DNA of 64,000 nucleotides from an uncultured Chloroflexia bacterium (GTDB lineage: Bacteria > Chloroflexota > Limnocylindria > Limnocylindrales > CSP1-4), in NCBI GenBank assembly GCA_963772565.1, contig CAVYXU010000015.1, positions 4,306-68,305 on the forward strand, read 5' to 3'. The translations under genes were made by a program, and so were the position numbers. Under the pieces are notes generated by a model that made no database searches, was not told where the DNA came from, and saw nothing but the letters and a program-made list of their open reading frames with translations. Position 1 is the first letter of the stretch. Each line of letters starts with the position of its first letter. Shown here in pieces: positions 20,351 to 28,908 of this stretch.

Positions 20351-20427
20351 GGGGGAGTAGCTCAATCGGTTAGAGCAGCGGGCTTATATCCCGCCGGTTC
20401 CAGGTTCGAGTCCTGGCTCCCCTACCA
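20351..20427 (+). tRNA. tRNA with anticodon UAU (formally tRNA-Ile reading AUA).
   Basis: A cloverleaf was folded by hand: a 7-bp acceptor stem (G1-U72 wobble plus 6 Watson-Crick pairs), D-stem GCTC/GAGC, anticodon stem GCGGG/CCCGC with loop CTTATAT (U33, anticodon TAT at 20385-20387, A37), T-stem CCAGG/CCTGG with loop TTCGAGT, discriminator A, and an encoded CCA. Confidence 0.8.
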
Positions 20428-20505
20428 CACTGCGAGTGGGTGGCATCGCGTGCGCCGGACCGCCGGTCCGGACCACCGTGCCCGATCCCGGACCACCGGG
20501 TCCGG

Positions 20506-21288
20506 TCAGCGTCGGGCGCGTCTGCCCCGGCTCCCGGTCGCCTCGGCTCGCAGCATCTCCACCAGTCGCTCCCGACGATCCGGCGTCAGTCCGCGTTGCG
20601 CCGGGAGCGCCTCGAGCCAGCCGGCGAGCGCGTCAGGTCGAACAACCGCACACGCGGCGGTGCGCTCGACGCGCGGGTCGTCGGTCACGACGACCGCATG
20701 GACCTTGACGAGGAAGTCACGGTCGTCGGACGAGAGCCACCCCCGGACGCGTTCCGCGTCCCGAGCCGTGCCGTCCAGCGGCGGCTCGATCGGGATCCAG
20801 CGGCCCTGCGCGCCGCGGAGCTCCCAGCGGCCCCCGACGATCCGACTCACGCTCGGCGGCGGGACTTCGCCCAGGACGACCACCCCGAACGGTCCCAGGA
20901 CGAGCTCGCGGACCCGGCGGCCCCCCGGAAGCGCAAGGTCGGTCACGGCCACGTGGTCGTCGCCGAGCTTGGTGGCCAGTCGTGGCGCCAGCGTTCGTGG
21001 CCGGGCCGCAGCGTGCTCGACAATGGTGAAGAAGCGAGCGACCCCTAGGATCAGGAAGCCCGCCGGGACGACGATGGCGAAGCCCCACGCGAGGATGCCC
21101 CCGGCCATCTGCATGGCCGTCGCGCGGCCGGTGGGCGTGAACGAGCTGATCATCGGCGTCGCCACGAACATCCAGGCGAGCAACCCGCCCACCAGGATCA
21201 TCATGATGGCGGACACGGCCGCGCGGAAGACGGGGACGCGGCCCGCGCGGGACGCCGGCGCCGCGGCAGCGATCACTTGCATGGCCAT
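20506..21288 (-). CDS. Membrane protein with a NERD-like soluble domain (hypothetical).
   Basis: Two or three N-terminal TM helices are followed by HVAVTDLALPGGRRVRELVLGPFGVVVLGEVPPP, which resembles the nuclease-related NERD fold pattern. Confidence 0.55.
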   Translation of the reverse strand: MAMQVIAAAAPASRAGRVPVFRAAVSAIMMILVGGLLAWMFVATPMISSFTPTGRATAMQMAGGILAWGFAIVVPAGFLILGVARFFTIVEHAAARPRTLAPRLATKLGDDHVAVTDLALPGGRRVRELVLGPFGVVVLGEVPPPSVSRIVGGRWELRGAQGRWIPIEPPLDGTARDAERVRGWLSSDDRDFLVKVHAVVVTDDPRVERTAACAVVRPDALAGWLEALPAQRGLTPDRRERLVEMLRAEATGSRGRRARR

Positions 21289-21584
21289 ATCCTCGCGAGC
21301 CCTTCCTCTCCTGGGTATGCCCCGTTCGGGCTACAACGGGACGGGCCAGGGTCCTCACGACCGTACCGGAGCGCACCGGAGCGAACCGCATCGGTGCCCG
21401 CGTGCACCGCCAATTCGCGGCTCGGGCTGGAACCGACGGCGCGATGCACCCCGGACGACGCGCCGTCTGTACCCCCGCGACCCGGTTGAGGCCGGGACCC
21501 CCGTACCATTGCGCGCCGTCCACGTCGCTCCGATCCTGCAGGTAAGCCGCACATCTGCCGGGGGGCAGGGAGCCTGGAGCCGCG

Positions 21585-22130
21585 TTGGTCCACCTCACGA
21601 TACGAGCACTGCGCATGGTCGTGCGCGGCCTCGGCCAGTCGCCGGCCCGGGCGCTGATCGCGGCCGCCCTCCTGGTTGCGCTGGCCGTCCTTCCGGCTGC
21701 GGCGGGGGGTCCGTCCGGCCTCACGACGCCATCGGTCTCCCCGACGTCCGGCACGACGGCGACGGCAATCTCGTTCGCCGTCACCTATCACAGTGCGAAG
21801 GACGACGCGCCTGACTACGTGCGCGTCGTCGTCGGCTCGAAGACCTACCCGCTGGAGCGAACGGCCGGGTTGGAGACCTGGAAGAACGGCGTCCGGTACA
21901 CAACGACGACCAGGCTGCCCGCGGGTACGTGGACCGTCCGGTTCGAAGCCAGGTCTGGGTCGTTCGAGCCGAGCGTCGCCGGGGATACGGTGACAATCAC
22001 GCCCGCGCCGACGCCCAAACCCACACCTGCGCCAACGCCCAGGCCCACACCAACGCCCAAACCCACACCTGCGCCAACGCCCAGGCCCACGCCCGCGCCG
22101 ACGCCCAAGCCGACCCCGGCGCCCACCTAA
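21585..22130 (+). CDS. Secreted protein with a C-terminal Pro/Thr-rich tandem repeat (possibly the N-terminal part of a frameshifted longer gene).
   Basis: The signal peptide is [41 protein letters not shown]. An approximately 120-aa domain follows, then ([14 protein letters not shown])n ending at TAA 22128-22130. Confidence 0.6.
   Translation: MVHLTIRALRMVVRGLGQSPARALIAAALLVALAVLPAAAGGPSGLTTPSVSPTSGTTATAISFAVTYHSAKDDAPDYVRVVVGSKTYPLERTAGLETWKNGVRYTTTTRLPAGTWTVRFEARSGSFEPSVAGDTVTITPAPTPKPTPAPTPRPTPTPKPTPAPTPRPTPAPTPKPTPAPT
21993..22127 (+). repeat. Tandem 42-nt coding repeat ([14 protein letters not shown]), 2 near-perfect copies at 22011-22094 plus degenerate flanks.
   Basis: The unit acgcccaaacccacacctgcgccaacgcccaggcccacacca is repeated directly. 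Confidence 0.8.
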
Positions 22131-23149
22131 GGCCCGCATCGACGCCGGCACCGACGTCGTCGCCGGTCGGGACCGCTTCGCCGAGCGTCCCGCATACGGC
22201 CGTTCTCGATGGCGATCCGGGAGCCGGCCCCGGAACCCAGACGTCCGAGCCGACCCCGAACCTTGACTCGTCGCCCTCGTCGCCCTCGCCGAGTCCCGAT
22301 CCGGTCACCGCGGGGATCCTCGGCGGAACGGGCTCCGGCGGAACGGGGTCCGGTGGCCCCGGCGGTTCCGATAGCTCCGGTTCCGGCGGCCCGGGTCCCG
22401 GCGGGGCCGGCGACGGGAGCGGGAGCCTGCCCGGCGGGCTCAGTGGATCATCGAGCCTGACGGCCACCGTGCTTCGAACCCTGCCCACGGTGGTGGTGAC
22501 GACGGGCGGCGTCACCATGCTCATGGCATTCATGATGTTCGGGAAGCGCCGACGCGACGGCGAGCCCAACGGCTCCGACGACGAGCTCGCCGAGGCCGCG
22601 CGGCGCGGGTACGGCATGGGCGGCTACTCCGGGCTGGTGCCCGAGGCTGCCGCTGCCCCGGCCGCGCTCCAGGCCGTGATCGTATCCGCGCCCGCGGGCG
22701 AGACCGACCAGCACCTGCCGCGCTGGCGCCGGCCCTCGCTGATGGAGGCCCGCAAGAACGATCCGCTGCGCAGTGCCTCCACCACCGTCCGGCTCACCTT
22801 TGACGGGGAAGCCGGGGAGGCCGTCAGCGGCCTTGAACGACGGCTCATCCGGTATCGCCTCGTCAGCCTGCTCGACATGCCCGACGAGGTCCGTGGCGTC
22901 GAGATCGACGTCCTCGACGAGGGTGACGAGGTCGTGCTGCTCGAGAAGCGTGGGACCTACTGGCGGGTGCTGTGCCCCGACGGCCGCGAAGGATGGCTCC
23001 ACAAGATGACGCTGGGCGATGTCGTCATCGGCAGCTCCGTCTCCGACGCGGCGAGCTGGACCTCGGGCGACGAGGATGTCGATGCGGGCGGCTTCGAGGA
23101 CGTCCTGCGCGCCTACGACGAGCACCGGCGGCAGTTCGGAGACGCCTGA
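22131..23149 (+). CDS. Continuation reading frame: Gly/Ser/Pro-rich linker, TM anchor, then a cytoplasmic domain with an SH3-like segment.
   Basis: The frame is open from the TAA of the previous ORF and reads ...LPTVVVTTGGVTMLMAFMMFGKRRRD (TM plus positive stop-transfer), then RGVEIDVLDEGDEVVLLEKRGTYWRVLCPDGREGWLHKM. There is no convincing independent start, though the GTG around 22463 is an alternative. Confidence 0.45.
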
Positions 23150-23151
23150 CC

Positions 23152-24102
23152 TCAGCGATCGGGCTTCGGGGTCGCCTTTGCGGCGCGGGTATTGGCCGGT
23201 GCCTTGCGCAGCACCAGGATGTGCTGGTGCGCGATGTTGGGAACGAATGAGCGCGGGTAGCCGTACGGCCGCAGCCGCGTCCCCGCCTGGTACCAGGCGA
23301 TGTCGCCCTTGGGAACCAGGCCCGCGGCGTCCGCCCGAGCTGCGAGATCGGCGGCCGTGAACAGGTACCGGCCGCCCTGGTACGCGTCGCGCACGATCAG
23401 CACCGCATAGCGGCCCGGGCGAAGGATCCGATGGACCTCGCCGAGCACCTCGCCCATCGCGTCCAGAAACGACGGGTAGTCGGGCAGGTTCGCCAGGTCC
23501 GCGTCAAGCGACGACACCATCGCGTAGTCGGTGCGCCGGTTCGCGTGCGCCTCCGCCAGCCTCCCACCCGCCATCGTCATCGGCAGCTGGACGTTGTACG
23601 GCGGGTCCGTGACCACGAAATCGATCGAGTCCGCCCCGATCGTGGGCAGGATCGCCCTGGCGTCGCCCACGCGCAGCTCGAGACCGGAGGGATCGAACGA
23701 GCGCACGCCACCTGGGTCGCTGGCACCCAGGTCCGCGAGCCGTGGCCCCAGGCCATCCCGCTCGGCGGCGAGCGACGCGACGGTTTCGGCGTAGACCGCT
23801 GCCCAGCGCGGGTCGAGCTCGATGCCCAGCGCTCGCCGGGGTCTGCGGGCGATTGCCGCACCCAGCAGCGTGCCGCCCACGCCGGCGAACGGGTCGAGCA
23901 CGAGCTCGTCGCTGCGGGTGAAGAACTCGATCAGGCGGGCCATGAGGCGGGGCGGCTTGTTGGCGCCGTGGACCTTCCGTCGATCGTGCCCGAGCTCCGA
24001 CGGGTAGGCGGTGGTCCAGACGGACTTCGTGAAGTACAGCCACTCCTCGCCGGACAGCTCGTTGAGCTCGTTGGCGGGGTGGGGCGGCCGACGGTCCTGC
24101 AC
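23152..24102 (-). CDS. DNA amino-methyltransferase (N6-adenine or N4-cytosine) with motif I before DPPY.
   Basis: The order is HGANKPPRLMARLIEFFT, DELVLDPFAGVGGT, GIELDP, and then VVTDPPYN about 95 aa later. No restriction endonuclease is seen nearby. Confidence 0.8.
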   Translation of the reverse strand: MQDRRPPHPANELNELSGEEWLYFTKSVWTTAYPSELGHDRRKVHGANKPPRLMARLIEFFTRSDELVLDPFAGVGGTLLGAAIARRPRRALGIELDPRWAAVYAETVASLAAERDGLGPRLADLGASDPGGVRSFDPSGLELRVGDARAILPTIGADSIDFVVTDPPYNVQLPMTMAGGRLAEAHANRRTDYAMVSSLDADLANLPDYPSFLDAMGEVLGEVHRILRPGRYAVLIVRDAYQGGRYLFTAADLAARADAAGLVPKGDIAWYQAGTRLRPYGYPRSFVPNIAHQHILVLRKAPANTRAAKATPKPDR

Positions 24103-24188
24103 CCGCGAAGCGTACCGGCCACCGCGATCGCCGTGGCCGGGAGCGGGCGGGACTGTCTCGAGGCTCAGCGCGGCGTCCCTACAATGCG

Positions 24189-27100
24189 TTGATGCCGGGC
24201 AGAGTCGTCAGCCGCCAGTTCATCGGGCGTGAGCCGGAGCTCGCGCAGATCGACGCGGCCATCGCGGCGGGTGCAAAGGGCGGGGCAGCAACCGTCGTGG
24301 TCGCCTCGAGCGCGGGCATGGGCGCCTCGCGGTTCATCGACGAGGCGCTGACACGCGCCGCGTCGGGAGCCATGCCCCCGCTCGTCATGCGCGGCCGTGC
24401 CGAAGGCCCGGTCGATTCTCCGTGGGCGGCCGTGCTCGAAGCACTGGGACCGGTGCTGTCCGTTCGCCCCCGGGAGGAGCAGCTGGCCCTCCTCCGGCGC
24501 GATCCCCGCTCAATGCTGCTCGCGCTGCCTGGTATGGCCGCGCTTGCCGCCGAGCTCCCCGCTCCTCCGGTCAGCGCGCTGGCTGACCCGGAGCGCCGGC
24601 AGCCCCGGGCTCTCGCGGCACTCCTGCGCTGGCTCGGGCGGCTTGCCCTCGAGAAACCGCTGGTCATCGTGCTCGAGGACCTGCACATCGCCGATGCCGC
24701 CACCCGGGCGTTCGCCACCTTCGTCGCGCGGATTGCCCGGGATGAGCGGCTCACGCTCATCGTCACGTACCAGCCGGACCGCATGACCCGGGAGCATCCG
24801 CTGCGCGACAACCTCGCGATCATCGAGGGCGGCCTCCGCCCGCCGGTCAACATCGAGCTCCGTCCTCTTGCGCGACGGGAGATCGCACGAATGATCGAGG
24901 GCATCGAGGGGGAGCGGCCATCGGCCTCGATCGTGGTTCTCGTCGCCGAGCGCTCGGGCGGCTCGCCGATGGTCGTCGAAGAGCTGGTCGCTGCGCGTCG
25001 GGAGATCCGCAACGTCACCCTCACCGGGACGCTTTCCGACCTCGTCGCGGCGCGACTCCAGGGGCGATCACCCGAGTGCCGGCGCGTTCTGCGGCTCATG
25101 GCGCCCGCGGAGCGCGCGATGAATCGCGGGCAGCTGGCCCTCGCCGCCGCGACGTTCGAGGCCGGGCCGCAGACCCGCCTCCCTCCGCGCTCGACATCCC
25201 TGCCACGGCGCGGAACCGCGTTGATGGATGCCGACCTGTTGGCCGGCCTGGACGAGGCGCTCGAGCACGGGTTCGTGCGCGCCGATGCCGAGGGCCGGAT
25301 GCGGATCCGTCACGAGATGGTCGCCCGCGCCGTGGTCAGCGATCTGCTGCCGACCCAGCTTCCCAGGTATCGAGCCGCGGTGGCCAGGGCGTTCGACGAC
25401 GTGCCCATCGTCGCGGCCATGCACTGGCGTGCGGCACACCGGCTGGTGGAGGCGCGCGACGCCGCCATCCGTGCCGGCCGGCTGGCGATGACCGTCGACG
25501 CGCCCCAGGATGCGCTGGCCGCGTTCGAGATCGCGCTCGAGCTCCCGCCGCCCGATGACCCCGGGGTCGCCGATGAGATGAACGTGGGTCTCCAGGACGA
25601 GGCGGCTGAGGCCGCGCTCGCCGCCCTGCGCCCGACCCGCGCGGTTGCCTACGCGGAAGCGGCGATCGGGGCACTGCGCGAGCGGAGCGATCGGGTCCGG
25701 CACGGGGTTCTCGAAGCCCGACTGGGTCGCTACCGGCTGGCCGCGGGCGATACCGCGGGTGCCACGACGGCGCTCCGGCGGGCCGCGGAGGTCGTGCCGG
25801 ATGCGCCATCGATCGAGCGCGCCCGGATCCTCGCGCTCCTTGCCCAGGAGCGGATGATCGCGGGCGCGTTCCGCGACGCCGAGCGCGCCGCAACCGGGGC
25901 GCTCGTGATCACCGAAGGTCTCGGACCCTCGGCCGAGCCCGAGGCGATCCACGCCATGACGACGCTCGCGGTCGTCAAGGGCTGGAGCGACGATCCGGAG
26001 TCGGCGCTGCCGATCCTCGAGCAGGCGGTCGAGCGCTCCCGCGCCCTCGGCCTGGTCGAGGAATGGTGGCGGGCCGGGGCGAACATGGCCGTCGTCCTGG
26101 AGCTGCTCGGGCGCCAGCAGGAGGCGATCGACGTTGCCTTCCGCGACATGGAGGAGGCGCGCGCCAACGACCTCGACGCGATCTACGGCAACCTGCTCGG
26201 TGGCAACGTCGCCGGGCTCCTGGTCGACGTCGGGCGCTGGCAGGAGGCGCGCGAGCTCAGCCTCCGTGCGCTCGACTGGAGTCCCGCGGGCGTGCCGTTC
26301 GTCAACGCGCTGATCAACCTCGTGCTCGTCGAGATCGAGTCGGAGGCCGGCGAAGAAGCCGGCCGGCTGCTTGGCCGGATCCTGGTGGAGCTCGAGACGG
26401 GCGGCGATCTCCAGTTTGCCGTCCCTGCCTACCAGGCGACCGCCTCGTACGCGATGTGGAGCGGCGACCTGGCCGACGCCCGACGCGCGATCGAGCGCGG
26501 CTGGGCACGCCTGCGCGGGTCCGAGGACTGGGTTCTGGTCGCGCGCATGGCGGCGACGGCGCTCGAGGTCGAGTCCGCGATCGTCACCGCCGCGCTCGAG
26601 AAGCGCCGGATCGCGGACGTGGCCGCCTCGCGGGAGCGCGCGGGCCGGATGCTGGCCGAGGCGGAGGCAGCGGTCGCGCGGGCCGGCCTGGAGTCACCGG
26701 CGACCGCCGGTCGCGAGCCCGGTACCAGCCTGGCAACGGCGCGCGCCTTCTACGAACGGCTTCACGGTCGGGATGATCCGTCGCACTGGGCAAGCCTGGC
26801 GGAGCGATGGCACGAGCTCGGCGATCCGTACCGCGAGGCGCGCGCCCTGTGGCGCCAGGCGGAGGCGAACCTGAACCTGGCCATCGCCGGCAGGGCGGCG
26901 GGGACCCGGGTCAGGACGGACGCCCGCCTCGCGCGTGCCGAGGCACGGGATCCGCTGATCCGGGCGGTCGAGCTTGCGATGGGCCTCCACGCGCGGCCGC
27001 TGCTGCGGGCGCTCCGGGACCTGGGGGGCCGCGCCCTGATCACGCTGCCGCCTGAGGTCGATGCGCTGCTCGAGGAGCCCGTGCCGGCGCCCGCAGAGCC

Positions 27101-27413
27101 GCGGGCGTCGGTTTCGCCGGGCCCTGTCGTCCAGGCATCGGGACCCCCGCCGGTGCCAGTCCCCGCCGGCTTGCGACCCGCCACCGGCGGGGACACGTTC
27201 GGGCTCTCGCGCCGGGAGCTCGAGGTGCTCGCGCTGATCGCGAAGGGTCGGACGAACCGCGAGATCGGCGACCGCCTGTTCATCAGCCAGAAGACCGTGG
27301 GCGTCCACGTCGGAAACATCCTGGCCAAGCTCGGCGTGTCGGGCCGCGTCGAGGCCGCGGCGGTCGCGATCCGGCTGGGTCTCGAGGAGGAGGCGGCGGC
27401 GCGGCGCCGTTGA
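24189..27413 (+). CDS. Large ATP-dependent LuxR-family regulator (LAL/MalT-like: AAA+ NTPase, TPR, C-terminal LuxR HTH).
   Basis: The N-terminal P-loop region is VVVASSAGMGASRF and the Walker B is LVIVLEDLHIAD. There is a long helical repeat region and a C-terminal LSRRELEVLALIAKGRTNREIGDRLFISQKTVGVHVGNILAKLGV. Confidence 0.85.
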   Translation: MMPGRVVSRQFIGREPELAQIDAAIAAGAKGGAATVVVASSAGMGASRFIDEALTRAASGAMPPLVMRGRAEGPVDSPWAAVLEALGPVLSVRPREEQLALLRRDPRSMLLALPGMAALAAELPAPPVSALADPERRQPRALAALLRWLGRLALEKPLVIVLEDLHIADAATRAFATFVARIARDERLTLIVTYQPDRMTREHPLRDNLAIIEGGLRPPVNIELRPLARREIARMIEGIEGERPSASIVVLVAERSGGSPMVVEELVAARREIRNVTLTGTLSDLVAARLQGRSPECRRVLRLMAPAERAMNRGQLALAAATFEAGPQTRLPPRSTSLPRRGTALMDADLLAGLDEALEHGFVRADAEGRMRIRHEMVARAVVSDLLPTQLPRYRAAVARAFDDVPIVAAMHWRAAHRLVEARDAAIRAGRLAMTVDAPQDALAAFEIALELPPPDDPGVADEMNVGLQDEAAEAALAALRPTRAVAYAEAAIGALRERSDRVRHGVLEARLGRYRLAAGDTAGATTALRRAAEVVPDAPSIERARILALLAQERMIAGAFRDAERAATGALVITEGLGPSAEPEAIHAMTTLAVVKGWSDDPESALPILEQAVERSRALGLVEEWWRAGANMAVVLELLGRQQEAIDVAFRDMEEARANDLDAIYGNLLGGNVAGLLVDVGRWQEARELSLRALDWSPAGVPFVNALINLVLVEIESEAGEEAGRLLGRILVELETGGDLQFAVPAYQATASYAMWSGDLADARRAIERGWARLRGSEDWVLVARMAATALEVESAIVTAALEKRRIADVAASRERAGRMLAEAEAAVARAGLESPATAGREPGTSLATARAFYERLHGRDDPSHWASLAERWHELGDPYREARALWRQAEANLNLAIAGRAAGTRVRTDARLARAEARDPLIRAVELAMGLHARPLLRALRDLGGRALITLPPEVDALLEEPVPAPAEPRASVSPGPVVQASGPPPVPVPAGLRPATGGDTFGLSRRELEVLALIAKGRTNREIGDRLFISQKTVGVHVGNILAKLGVSGRVEAAAVAIRLGLEEEAAARRR

Positions 27414-27462
27414 GCGGGCCACGATCGCGCCGCGGCGCCGTTGAGCGGGCCACGACCGCGCC
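27401..27462 (+). repeat. Direct tandem duplication of 31 nt (1 mismatch) spanning the LuxR stop codon.
   Basis: gcggcgccgttgagcgggccacgatcgcgcc is followed by gcggcgccgttgagcgggccacgaccgcgcc. Confidence 0.85.
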
Positions 27463-27575
27463 GCGATGCCGCAGATCGGGGCGCGACTGCGGCGCGGAGG
27501 AACCGCCGGCGGACGCATCTCTCGCGGGCATTGGGTAGGATCGGGCCGTTCCGCGCCGCCCCGATCGAGGTTTAC

Positions 27576-28061
27576 ATGCGCCGTCTTCTCCTTGGAACCG
27601 CGCTCGTCGCGCTCACCCTTGCCGCCGCCGCCTGTGCGACCGCAAGCCCCGGCTGGACCTATGCCGCGCCGACGGAGGCACCGCCGTCGCAGCCGGCCGC
27701 CTCGAGCGACGCATCGACCGCCCCTTCAGAGGCGCCGGCCTCGGCCGCCCCAACGGAAGCGGCCTCCGCGGGCACTGGCGGCGCGACCGTCCAGATCTCC
27801 GCGTTCAACATCGCGTTCGAGCAGAGCGACGTCAGCGCACCGGCCGGCGCGCCGTTCGTGATCCACTTCGACAACAAGGACGCGAGCGTGCCGCACGACA
27901 TCGCGATCAAGGACGCCAGCGGTACGCAGGTGTTCAAGGGCGACGTCGTCACCGGGCCCGCCGAGACCGACTACAACGTGCCCGCCCTGCCGGCCGGCAC
28001 CTACCAGTTCATGTGCACGATCCATCCGAACATGACCGGCACGCTCACGGTGGGCGGCTGA
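27576..28061 (+). CDS. Cupredoxin (blue-copper, plastocyanin/pseudoazurin-like) lipoprotein.
   Basis: The start is MRRLLLGTALVALTLAAAAC, a lipobox. The T1 copper ligands are in canonical spacing: H in VPHD, and C, H, M in YQFMCTIHPNMTG. Confidence 0.8.
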   Translation: MRRLLLGTALVALTLAAAACATASPGWTYAAPTEAPPSQPAASSDASTAPSEAPASAAPTEAASAGTGGATVQISAFNIAFEQSDVSAPAGAPFVIHFDNKDASVPHDIAIKDASGTQVFKGDVVTGPAETDYNVPALPAGTYQFMCTIHPNMTGTLTVGG

Positions 28062-28071
28062 GGTCCCCGGT

Positions 28072-28824
28072 GTGACGCCGCGGGTCGACGAGGTCTGCTA
28101 CCGCGACGCCTATCTCCGTACGCTCGAGTCGCGGGTCCTCGAGGTTGCCGGTGCCGACGGACCGCCCATGGTCGTGCTGGAGGCGACGGCGTTCTATCCG
28201 GGTGGCGGCGGCCAGCCATCGGACCGAGGCACCATCCTGCGCGCCGGCGATGGCCGATCCTGGGTCGTCCGGACGGCCAGGCGAGTGGGCGGCGAGATCG
28301 TGCACGAGCTGGAGCCGCCCGAGGATGGCGAGCTGCCACACGCGGGCGATCGGGTCACCGTCGACGTCGAGTGGGCACGCCGGTACGCGCTGATGCGGAC
28401 GCACACGGCACTGCATGCGCTGTGTGGTGTCGTCTGGCGCGACTACGGGGCGCTGGTGACCGGCGGCAACATGGAACCGGGCTCGGGCCGGATGGACTTC
28501 GAGTTCGAGCGGATGTCGGGCGACCTGGTCGAGGACATCGAGGCGAAGGTCAACGCGGAGCTTGTGGCTGCCCACGATGTCCGCGTCAACGTGCTGCCGC
28601 GCGACCAGGCGTTCGCGATCCCCGACCTGATCCGGACGAAGGTGAACCTTCTGCCCCCGGGGATCGAGCAGATTCGGACGATCGAGATCGTCGGGCTTGA
28701 CCTGCAGGCCGACGGGGGCACGCACGTCGCGAACACCCGCGAGGTGGGCGGGATCAGGGTCACGGGCTACGAGTCCAAGGGCCGGATCAACAAGCGGGTC
28801 CGGGTCGCGCTGGTCGACGCATGA
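28072..28824 (+). CDS. AlaX-like Ala-tRNA editing protein (threonyl/alanyl-tRNA synthetase second additional domain).
   Basis: The zinc motif HTALHALCGVV (HxxxH...C) and a later GGTH are present. Confidence 0.8.
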   Translation: MTPRVDEVCYRDAYLRTLESRVLEVAGADGPPMVVLEATAFYPGGGGQPSDRGTILRAGDGRSWVVRTARRVGGEIVHELEPPEDGELPHAGDRVTVDVEWARRYALMRTHTALHALCGVVWRDYGALVTGGNMEPGSGRMDFEFERMSGDLVEDIEAKVNAELVAAHDVRVNVLPRDQAFAIPDLIRTKVNLLPPGIEQIRTIEIVGLDLQADGGTHVANTREVGGIRVTGYESKGRINKRVRVALVDA

Positions 28825-28908
28825 GGATCAACCTGGCGGGTGACTCAATCCGTTGCCCGGCGACGATGATTGACAGCTCGGGGGCCGCGTCCGGTAGTTG
28901 ACCGGTCA

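Noticed and set aside
21845-22126. A minus-strand ORF encoding (GVGLGVGAG)n.
   Set aside because: It is the antisense translation of the PT tandem repeat.
24179-25099. Long antisense ORFs inside the LuxR regulator (for example 24179-25099 and 25068-25952).
   Set aside because: Their composition is Arg/Ser/Pro-rich with no motifs. The sense frame is unambiguously the AAA+/TPR/LuxR protein.
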